Below are positions 57,566-64,000 of a DNA stretch of 64,000 nucleotides, piece by piece. How positions within the stretch are numbered: the first letter of the stretch is position 1; every line of letters begins with the position of its first letter. The position numbers and the translations under genes were made by a program. This DNA comes from Candidatus Azambacteria bacterium (GTDB lineage: Bacteria; Patescibacteriota; Minisyncoccia; GWC2-36-17; WO2-46-25), in NCBI GenBank assembly GCA_016200965.1, contig JACQDT010000021.1, positions 86 through 64,085 on the forward strand, written 5' to 3'. The notes beneath the pieces are model-generated. The model was not told the origin of the DNA, did no database searches, and saw only the letters and a program-made list of their open reading frames with translations.

Positions 57566-58512
57566 AACGCCGCAGAATCATCTTTATGGGCACGCCGGAA
57601 GCCGGCGCGATTATCCTTGAGCGGCTCATACTCTCGGACGCCTATAAACCGGCACTGGTCATCACGCAACCGGACAAACCGACTGGGAAAAAACAAACTC
57701 TCACTGCCCCTCCGGTAAAAATAACGGCGCAGGCGCATCATATCGAAGTATGGCAGCCGGAAAAATTGAACAACCAGCGGGTGATCGAAAAAATAGCGGC
57801 ACAAAAGCCCGACTGCATCATCGTGGCCGTTTACGGCAAACTGATTCCGGAAAAAATCCTCAATATTCCTGCATGCAAAACGCTCAATGTGCATCCTTCG
57901 CTCCTGCCGCGCCACCGCGGCCCATCCCCGATTCAATACACCATTCTTGAAGGCGATACGGCCGCAGGCGTGAGCATAATGCTCACCGACAAAGGCATGG
58001 ATACGGGGCCCGTACTCGCCCAGAAATCCGTACCGATTGAAAAAGATGACACCGCACCGGTACTTTCACAAAAGCTTTTTAACATTGGCGCCGATATGCT
58101 TCTGGAGATGCTTCCGCTTTGGTTTGATAACAAGATAATTCCCGTACGGCAAGACGATGCGAAAGCGACCCTTACCGCGCTTTTGAAAAAAGAAGATGGA
58201 AAAATAAAACCGTCCGACACCGCCCAGCGCATCAAACGCATGGTGCGCGCGCTTGCCCCGTGGCCGGGCGTGTATCTTGAGTTCAATGACGGCAGAACCC
58301 TCAAAATATTAAAAGCGGAGGCGTCGCCGTGTGAAAAAACAGATGCCCCTCTCGCCCTCTCGCTCACCTCGAAAAAAGAGCTGTGCCTGCATACCGCCGA
58401 TGGCTGCCTTGTCCTTGAAACCGTCCATCCTGAGAGCAAAAAACCGATGTCCGGATATGAGTTTTATATTGGGTGGCACAATGCTACGCAAAAACAAAGC
58501 CCCGCAGAATGA
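57562..58512 (+). CDS. fmt: Methionyl-tRNA formyltransferase
   Basis: IIFMGTPE N-terminus, NVHPSLLPRHRG formyltransferase motif; ATG overlaps the def TGA (ATGA). Confidence 0.9.
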   Translation: MKRRRIIFMGTPEAGAIILERLILSDAYKPALVITQPDKPTGKKQTLTAPPVKITAQAHHIEVWQPEKLNNQRVIEKIAAQKPDCIIVAVYGKLIPEKILNIPACKTLNVHPSLLPRHRGPSPIQYTILEGDTAAGVSIMLTDKGMDTGPVLAQKSVPIEKDDTAPVLSQKLFNIGADMLLEMLPLWFDNKIIPVRQDDAKATLTALLKKEDGKIKPSDTAQRIKRMVRALAPWPGVYLEFNDGRTLKILKAEASPCEKTDAPLALSLTSKKELCLHTADGCLVLETVHPESKKPMSGYEFYIGWHNATQKQSPAE

Positions 58513-58532
58513 GAACTGCAGGGCTTTTGTTT

Positions 58533-58928
58533 TTATTGAAAAAGATTCGTGATGCGAACGCGTCTATTGCGAAAGTCAATCTCCAACACGCAGTCCGAAA
58601 GGAGCCGGGTGCCAAGCATGATATCTTCGTCATGCGTGAGCCAAACGGTAACTTGCCGCTCAACCCCAAACCATACGATCTTCGTGGAGGGTCTATCAAA
58701 TTGCCTGGTCTTACCATCAGCCAGTTTCACATTATCCCGATCTTCAATGGTACTTTCCCATTGCAAGCCATACGCAGGATCAGTGTATTTGCTGTGCATG
58801 AGCAGATCTCCGTTGCAACCGGTATCCACGAACACTTCTTTCGGTTCCCCCCAGCCGACGAATTCAATATACACGTACGGGACAAAGCGCCAATCAAACG
58901 ATCCCTCTATGATACTCTCATGGCGCAA
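58533..58928 (-). CDS. Retropepsin-like (clan AA) aspartic protease
   Basis: FVDTGCNGDLLM D-T-G catalytic motif in a 131-aa protein of typical single-lobe size. Confidence 0.6.
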   Translation of the reverse strand: MRHESIIEGSFDWRFVPYVYIEFVGWGEPKEVFVDTGCNGDLLMHSKYTDPAYGLQWESTIEDRDNVKLADGKTRQFDRPSTKIVWFGVERQVTVWLTHDEDIMLGTRLLSDCVLEIDFRNRRVRITNLFQ

Positions 58929-59262
58929 ATCTCCTGTTTCTGCGCGACACCATCAATGCTCCCTGTATGTCGGGCGGCTCGGAGGTGCGGTGGAGGAAAA
59001 TGTTGAGAAGAGGGGAAGAAAATTTTTTCCGGGCGGCGCGTTCCGCACCTCTCTCGTCATCTGACTCAAATGTGAGATAGTCACCGCTTGGAATGGCGAT
59101 AGCAATAATTTTAGCTGTATTCGCCAGATCAAGGCGGTGGTAGAGATGGTCGTATATCTCCATTCCTTTCACCAATATCGCGTCCTTTTCATCCTGACTT
59201 GCATCTTTTCGCACAATATGCCAACAAATCATCCGATCTATTTTTATATGAAACTCTCCCAT
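58918..59262 (-). CDS. Hypothetical protein (~114 aa)
   Basis: ORF directly upstream of the retropepsin-like gene; start chosen to avoid overlap with the DUF3105 gene. Confidence 0.35.
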   Translation of the reverse strand: MGEFHIKIDRMICWHIVRKDASQDEKDAILVKGMEIYDHLYHRLDLANTAKIIAIAIPSGDYLTFESDDERGAERAARKKFSSPLLNIFLHRTSEPPDIQGALMVSRRNRRFAP

Positions 59263-59344
59263 GGTATCTCCTTCCTGTAGTTGAATGTTAAGGTTCAGGA
59301 TTTCTTCGCTTAAAGCATACACGAAAAGGGATTGGGGATCAATG

Positions 59345-59872
59345 TCAATCAGGCGTGAACTCAGGTCCTTTGTTGATGTGCGCGTTGATAAAACCGACGA
59401 TGCGGCATTCGTCGAACTCGTCCATCTTATCCAGATATGTCCACGCGGTAAGCGCGATATTTCTGTCCAAGCTCTCACGCGGCGCCATGAGCACTTTTGA
59501 TGTGTAACGTTTTACGATTTCTTCCAGTTTCTGTTTGGTTTCGTTGCTTATGCCTTGCTTATACTGAATAGCGATTCCGCCATGTTCCAAGTTGTGGGTC
59601 TGTATCTCGTTGGGAATGGGATCGTTGCTCACTCCCCATTTGGCAGTATAGGGAGTATGCCAGCCAGAAGTAGGAGGATTGCTGTTGTACGGCGGATGAT
59701 CATCGCCGAGTTCAACGTGCTTATTGCCGCCGTCAGCAATAAAAATCCCTTCGTTGATATTCACGCATTCTTTCGGCGTGCCGCTTTTCGGTACAAATCG
59801 CCATACCAGCCCGATACCGATGACCGCCGCAATAACTATCCCTCCTATTATCTTAAGCGTATTGCGCCTCAT
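59345..59872 (-). CDS. DUF3105-family secreted protein
   Basis: N-terminal TM; HNLEHGGIAIQY resembles the DUF3105 HGG motif. Confidence 0.6.
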   Translation of the reverse strand: MRRNTLKIIGGIVIAAVIGIGLVWRFVPKSGTPKECVNINEGIFIADGGNKHVELGDDHPPYNSNPPTSGWHTPYTAKWGVSNDPIPNEIQTHNLEHGGIAIQYKQGISNETKQKLEEIVKRYTSKVLMAPRESLDRNIALTAWTYLDKMDEFDECRIVGFINAHINKGPEFTPD

Positions 59873-60426
59873 TGATTCTTGATGTCACCCTTCAGCGAGA
59901 ACGAACGGTAATACCCGTCCACCCATTTTCCCTCTTTTGTTTTTTCCACCACCAGGAATTTCCAGTCAATCGTGTCTTCCGCGCCCGACATGATACAGTT
60001 AAATGTCATCTCCGCCTTTGCGGGCGTTTTCCCTTCCACCTCGGAAAACGTCAGCCAAATCGGCTTCGCGCCGGTCATGCCCCAATGCAATTCCTTCGAC
60101 GGGTCGGAACTTTGCACTTCCACCGCGCCTATCTTGTCTCCGCAGGGCGTTTTGCCGACAATGATATCGTACGAAAAATCCGTCTTCCCGACGAGCACTA
60201 TGCGCGCGGGAACAGCCGCCGTTTTCTCCGGAGTACTTGTCGCGGCCGGTTTTGGCGCAGATATCACCGGCGCCGGCTTTTTTCCGGGCGTTGCGCTCGC
60301 TTCACTTTGTATCGGTTCTTTAACCGGTACATCTGCCGACGGAACGGGATTCCGGCTGATAAGCCACACTCCTCCCGCGACCGCCAAAACCGCTATTGCA
60401 ATAAAAATGTTCTTTTGATATAACAT
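59869..60426 (-). CDS. Hypothetical secreted protein with a Pro/Ala/Thr-rich linker
   Basis: Signal/TM then PAPVISAPKPAATSTPEKTAAVPA linker and a C-terminal domain. Confidence 0.5.
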   Translation of the reverse strand: MLYQKNIFIAIAVLAVAGGVWLISRNPVPSADVPVKEPIQSEASATPGKKPAPVISAPKPAATSTPEKTAAVPARIVLVGKTDFSYDIIVGKTPCGDKIGAVEVQSSDPSKELHWGMTGAKPIWLTFSEVEGKTPAKAEMTFNCIMSGAEDTIDWKFLVVEKTKEGKWVDGYYRSFSLKGDIKNQ

Positions 60427-60491
60427 AGTAAATATTGTAGTAGAAAAGCAATGTTTTTTCAAGAGCATTTTTAACAAAAAGGAGGCGCCCG

Positions 60492-60878
60492 ATGATGCAT
60501 AATGGAAAAGAAACCGCGCAGCAAATGGACATATGCAATCTCCCATATGGGAATCAAACGCTCCTTGTCCAGTATCAATACGTATTTGAAGAGGACACGG
60601 TGTTGCAATGCAGGAACGGGTGTAATAATCCGGTAGATGGCGCGACTATAAAACGTGCCGTGCGTATCACCGCCGTTTACGCCAATGGAAATCCGAGAAC
60701 TGATATATTGTCGAATTTCCATGCGTATAAGAGAATAATGGCACAGATAATAACCATCATGCTTCACAAACAGATTGATTCCATTGGCGATCTACTTTGT
60801 AAAGAATGTCGCGGAGCAGGGTTTAAAAATCATCCTCTTAACAATTTTCTGAGTATGCCGCATCGGCAATTAAAATGA
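60492..60878 (+). CDS. Hypothetical protein (128 aa)
   Basis: Strong SD aaggagg 7 nt upstream of ATG; Cys-containing. Confidence 0.5.
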   Translation: MMHNGKETAQQMDICNLPYGNQTLLVQYQYVFEEDTVLQCRNGCNNPVDGATIKRAVRITAVYANGNPRTDILSNFHAYKRIMAQIITIMLHKQIDSIGDLLCKECRGAGFKNHPLNNFLSMPHRQLK

Positions 60879-60957
60879 GAAGGAGGTGGTGCACATTGGC
60901 GAAAAAGAAAGCAAAAGGTAAAAAGGGGAAATAAGGACGATCCCCTTGTAAGGAGAA

Positions 60958-60990
60958 TGCGGGACACGAATCATGTGTCCCGCATTTTTA
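60958..60990 (+). terminator. Rho-independent terminator
   Basis: gcgggacac-gaatcat-gtgtcccgc followed by atttttatt. Confidence 0.6.
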
Positions 60991-61851
60991 TTATGCGGGG
61001 AATCCGTCTATCCAATCTGAAAAAATGCGTTTAATTTCTTTTAAGTGCTCCGTATCCCGAAATGTATGTTTCGCATTTTTGATAACCTGAAATTCCTTAT
61101 GCCCTTCAGGCAACGCCTCGTACAGGATTCTTACGTGTTCCGGCGGCGTTACATCGTCATGTTCCCCTACTACAAGCAGGACAGGCATGGTCAGTTTTTG
61201 AGCACCCGGCAAAAGATCGTAGCGCAAGCGGTCGATCATATGCGACCACGGGAGCCGTTTCATCTTGCCCGGCTGTGAGCGGCTTTCCGTTTCCTGCCAG
61301 CCCGTTTTCTTCCACTGTGCAAAATCCTCCGGTTCATACCGCTTGTGCGCCTGGACGCTTAATGCTCCCGACACGACGGGAGAAACAGGCGCGACCGCCA
61401 AAACCCTTTCGGGATGTTTTTGGGCGTACAAACCGACGCACATGCCTCCCAAACTATGGCCCGCGAGCGCAAACGGCTCCCGGTACCATAGTTGCGTACG
61501 CGCCCATGCGATCACATCTTCCAGATCCTGATAATAATTCGTAACGGTCGCGTCTTCATATTTCCCGCCGCTTTCCCCAAGCGTGTCCGCCGCGTCAAAA
61601 CGGACAACGGTAAAACTCTTCTCTATGAACGTCTCGGCAATGGCCGCTATATGTTTTTGCTCCTTGAAACCGCCAAGGCCATGCATGACGAAAGCGAGCC
61701 CAGATAGAGGACTTCGGCTGTCGCCTTTGGCAACAACTTGCGGAGCTGCCGAAGTGCTTCTACTGGGCGAGCCCTTTTGTAAGTCGTTGCGCTCTTCAAC
61801 AATGACCGAGATATCCTGTCTTTTTCTGTTTTTGATAAAAAATTTGTTCAT
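60991..61851 (-). CDS. Alpha/beta-fold hydrolase
   Basis: GHSLGG nucleophile elbow, later Asp/His positions. Confidence 0.8.
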   Translation of the reverse strand: MNKFFIKNRKRQDISVIVEERNDLQKGSPSRSTSAAPQVVAKGDSRSPLSGLAFVMHGLGGFKEQKHIAAIAETFIEKSFTVVRFDAADTLGESGGKYEDATVTNYYQDLEDVIAWARTQLWYREPFALAGHSLGGMCVGLYAQKHPERVLAVAPVSPVVSGALSVQAHKRYEPEDFAQWKKTGWQETESRSQPGKMKRLPWSHMIDRLRYDLLPGAQKLTMPVLLVVGEHDDVTPPEHVRILYEALPEGHKEFQVIKNAKHTFRDTEHLKEIKRIFSDWIDGFPA

Positions 61852-63089
61852 GTAGCAACGGATGCTGTCCTGTCGTCTTGTACGCGCATAAGCGCGAAAA
61901 ACCCGAGTACGATGAATACGGTTATGGCAAGCACCGCGATTCTATAGCGGTCGCTTCCGATAAAAATCAGATTTGAAACGGTCAATCCCCACACAATCGG
62001 CCCGATAAACGAGGACGCGCGCTCCGCCAAGCCGAAATAAGCAAACGCCAGATTATGCTTTCCCTTCGGCGCAACATACGACATGACCAAGCGGGACACC
62101 GCCCAATTCGCGCCAAACCAAAAACCCATGAGCGTCGAGGCAATTATAAACAAAGCAAAATTGGTAAGCAATCCCATGGTGGGCAGAATGAAGACCCATC
62201 CGGCGAGCACCCATAGAAGCGTCCTTTTATGCCCAAAGCGGTCAGCGAGAAAACCCGACAATGTTCCGCCCAAAGCGGACGTAATGAGGATGGCAAGCAG
62301 TAGATATGTTTTTGTCGTATCGGACACATGCCACACCTGTTCCAGAAAAATAGGGAAATTATTCGCCGCAGTGAGCACCGCGTCGTTGAATAAAAAGTAG
62401 GAGGCGAGGAAAAAGGCCACGCCGGGAAAAACGAGTAATCCTTTCGTTTCTTTAAACACATTTTTCATTTCCATTCTGAGCGGTATGTTATGAGAAACGC
62501 GCTTCGGTTCTTTAAAAAATAAAAGTGTCGGGAGCGAGAGCGCGCAAAATATCGCTACGGAAGGCAACAGCGTTTCCGCCCGCGGCGCAGAGCCGAACAC
62601 GCTTATACTGCCGTTTGAAAATGGCAGCGCGATCACCAATCCCGCGAACTGGCCGAGATAGTTTGCGGTAATGCCGAAACCGGATACAAGCCCTCTTTTT
62701 TGGGGCGGCGCGATGTCGTTGATGAGCGGCGTGTAAAACGTGAAAGAAAGCAGATACGCGTACAGGCCGAGCGTGAAGAAAATAAGCGCGCCGACTTCTT
62801 TGTCCGACACAGCGTACAAGGCGCACGCTCCGTAACATATGGCGGTAAAGGCGGTGGTCAGCCGCAGGCCCGAAATTCTTCGCCAGAACCTGTCAAGCAA
62901 GACGCCCGTGAGAGGGACCGTGCACAGCAGGAGCGCCGCCGAAGCGGTGAACGTCACGTTGAAACGAAAATCGGAAATTCCCCTGTCAATGACAACCCAC
63001 TGGGCGAAATAAAGAAAAAATACGATGGAAACGATGGAATTGGCAAAATCATACAGCACCCAAAGAAAAATATTTTTGCGGGACTCCAT
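61848..63089 (-). CDS. MFS transporter
   Basis: 12 TM, 413 aa, G-rich loop motifs between TM2/3 and TM8/9. Confidence 0.8.
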   Translation of the reverse strand: MESRKNIFLWVLYDFANSIVSIVFFLYFAQWVVIDRGISDFRFNVTFTASAALLLCTVPLTGVLLDRFWRRISGLRLTTAFTAICYGACALYAVSDKEVGALIFFTLGLYAYLLSFTFYTPLINDIAPPQKRGLVSGFGITANYLGQFAGLVIALPFSNGSISVFGSAPRAETLLPSVAIFCALSLPTLLFFKEPKRVSHNIPLRMEMKNVFKETKGLLVFPGVAFFLASYFLFNDAVLTAANNFPIFLEQVWHVSDTTKTYLLLAILITSALGGTLSGFLADRFGHKRTLLWVLAGWVFILPTMGLLTNFALFIIASTLMGFWFGANWAVSRLVMSYVAPKGKHNLAFAYFGLAERASSFIGPIVWGLTVSNLIFIGSDRYRIAVLAITVFIVLGFFALMRVQDDRTASVAT

Positions 63090-63135
63090 GTGGATAGGTT
63101 GTAAACAAATAATACGACTCTTTCATTTCCTAACT

Positions 63136-63250
63136 GGCGGAGGCGAGAGCCCCGCTAGAGCGGGATTGCGTTTTGTAACTTTGCTGCGCTTCAGACAAAA
63201 CGGGAAGATTCGAACCTCTGATACCTTTCGGTATACTCGCTTCCCCCGAC
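63136..63250 (-). pseudogene. Duplicated tRNA-Ser 3' fragment (T arm + variable arm) with a 57-nt structured insert; not foldable as a tRNA
   Basis: gattcgaacctctgatacctt(t/g)cggtatact shared with 63286-63320; gcggaggcgagag shared with 63271-63283; this copy encodes CCA. Confidence 0.4.
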
Positions 63251-63269
63251 ATTTTTTATATTCAGGCAA

Positions 63270-63358
63270 AGCGGAGGCGAGAGGATTCGAACCTCTGATA
63301 CCTTGCGGTATACTTGCTTTCCAAGCAAGCGCACTCGGCCTCTATGCGACGCCTCCGC
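63270..63358 (-). tRNA. tRNA-Ser (anticodon GGA), long variable arm
   Basis: Hand fold: acceptor ggaggcg/cgcctcc, anticodon stem cttgc/gcaag with loop ttGGAaa, variable hairpin gtatacc-gcaa-ggtatc, T arm agagg-ttcgaat-cctct. Confidence 0.7.
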
Positions 63359-63383
63359 CTTGCCAAATTATGAATGCCGGCCG

Positions 63384-63719
63384 TCATCTGCCTTGCCTCG
63401 CCGCAATCGCAAAATGCGTAAAATAGCGATTGATATCGGCAAGCGAACTGCCGTATTCCTTGCCTCCCAGCACCGCATCGCAAAATACCTCGCGCGCGCG
63501 CCCCACTTCCGTCAAGCGGCCGCGCCAGCGCGCATCGGAAAGGGTCAGATCAAAAAGCTCAAGCGCGCGGTCCGTCGCGTTTTGGAAGCGCGCCGTATCT
63601 TTGTTTTGCGCGCTCTGCGCCCGGCTTACTTCGCTTCCGATATTTCCCAACTGCTCCATAAGCGAAAGCTCAAACCACCGCCCGTCCGCAAGATTTTTGT
63701 GAAGAATGGCCATATTCAT
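63384..63719 (-). CDS. Hypothetical all-alpha protein (weak resemblance to MazG-like NTP pyrophosphohydrolase fold)
   Basis: 111 aa; LMEQLGNIGSEV...ELFDLTL pattern only loosely MazG-like. Confidence 0.35.
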   Translation of the reverse strand: MNMAILHKNLADGRWFELSLMEQLGNIGSEVSRAQSAQNKDTARFQNATDRALELFDLTLSDARWRGRLTEVGRAREVFCDAVLGGKEYGSSLADINRYFTHFAIAARQGR

Positions 63720-63988
63720 TGTGATACCAGCTTTCCTATGACTGCTTGTATCTTCTCGCGGATTTCGATATTGTCCACAGAGCGGGAACGGTTGCCAACC
63801 GCCGGTTTCAGATTGATCATTGAATCAAATTCAACAAACGCATCGCCTGATTTGTTCGGATAGAGATTCACGCCCCACACGTGCTCTTGCCGCGACCCTT
63901 CTTGTTCAATGAGCGTTACCTCCTCATCCATATGAAGCTCGCCTCCCAACGCCATGATTCCTTTCTCTATATCAACCGCCGCTTTCAC
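63716..63988 (-). CDS. Hypothetical protein (90 aa)
   Basis: ORF overlapping the previous stop; no family. Confidence 0.4.
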   Translation of the reverse strand: MKAAVDIEKGIMALGGELHMDEEVTLIEQEGSRQEHVWGVNLYPNKSGDAFVEFDSMINLKPAVGNRSRSVDNIEIREKIQAVIGKLVSQ

Positions 63989-64000
63989 TAAATCTCCGAA

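Noticed and set aside
63136-63250. Second functional tRNA-Ser
   Set aside because: It lacks a 5' acceptor strand, D arm and anticodon arm. The T-arm-like hairpin has a 4-nt loop. It is interpreted as a duplicated fragment.
63303-63863. 186-aa plus-strand ORF
   Set aside because: It overlaps tRNA-Ser and the better minus-strand ORF 63384-63719 and has a low-complexity Arg/Ala-rich translation typical of an antisense frame.
1-64000. Alternative genetic code (UGA or UAG reassignment)
   Set aside because: Long uninterrupted ORFs with standard stops throughout. Only a single in-frame TAG (19283) was seen, which is insufficient for recoding. GC ~50% is unlike code-25 lineages.

Overview
This 64-kb window is gene-dense chromosomal DNA of roughly 50% GC, read with the standard genetic code, holding about 75 CDS and three tRNAs. 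The content is housekeeping. (1) A sugar-phosphate cluster: a CxxC-less TrxR-like flavoprotein, trxB, gap, rpiB, a SemiSWEET-like transporter, rpe, a split transketolase (N and C halves separated by an inserted small gene), a PfkB kinase and a class II fba. (2) murA-mreB and a GT4 gene. (3) rplJ-rplL. (4) A thymidylate/folate cluster: tmk, dcd, folD, a long tandem-domain ThyX-like gene and glyA. (5) A UvrC-like gene, a MacB-type ABC pair, secD/secF and recG. (6) Two S41 CtpA paralogs flanking rplI, plus rpmA. (7) A cell-wall glycopolymer cluster: LCP, GT2, a Wzy/O-antigen-ligase-like gene, GT4 and GT26, followed by a large amidase_2+SpoIID hydrolase. (8) def-fmt, then a small cluster with a retropepsin-like protease and a DUF3105 protein, an alpha/beta hydrolase, an MFS transporter and tRNA-Ser. 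The split transketolase, the many small membrane hypotheticals and rplJL lacking an upstream rplKA suggest a reduced-genome bacterium, possibly CPR/Patescibacteria-like; this is inference only. The most striking observation is that two families of short repeat elements sit in frame inside conserved housekeeping genes. Family A is a 42-nt unit encoding (G/D)NPRTQRAEQSSYD(G/D). It occurs in a TrxR-like gene, as tandem dimers at both ends of recG, and at the rplJ 3' end. Family B is a ~75-nt quasi-palindromic core. It lies in frame in rpe, and it is also nested inside the family-A copy at the rplJ 3' end, where the composite rewrites the L10 C-terminus. This resembles Rickettsia palindromic elements. 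Other anomalies: an AI-2E transporter gene cut by a single in-frame TAG; a 7-nt x4 tandem repeat inside rpe; a duplicated tRNA-Ser 3' fragment; a palindromic motif shared by two promoter regions; and a structured leader upstream of tmk. No CRISPR array, integrase, transposase or obvious defence island was seen.
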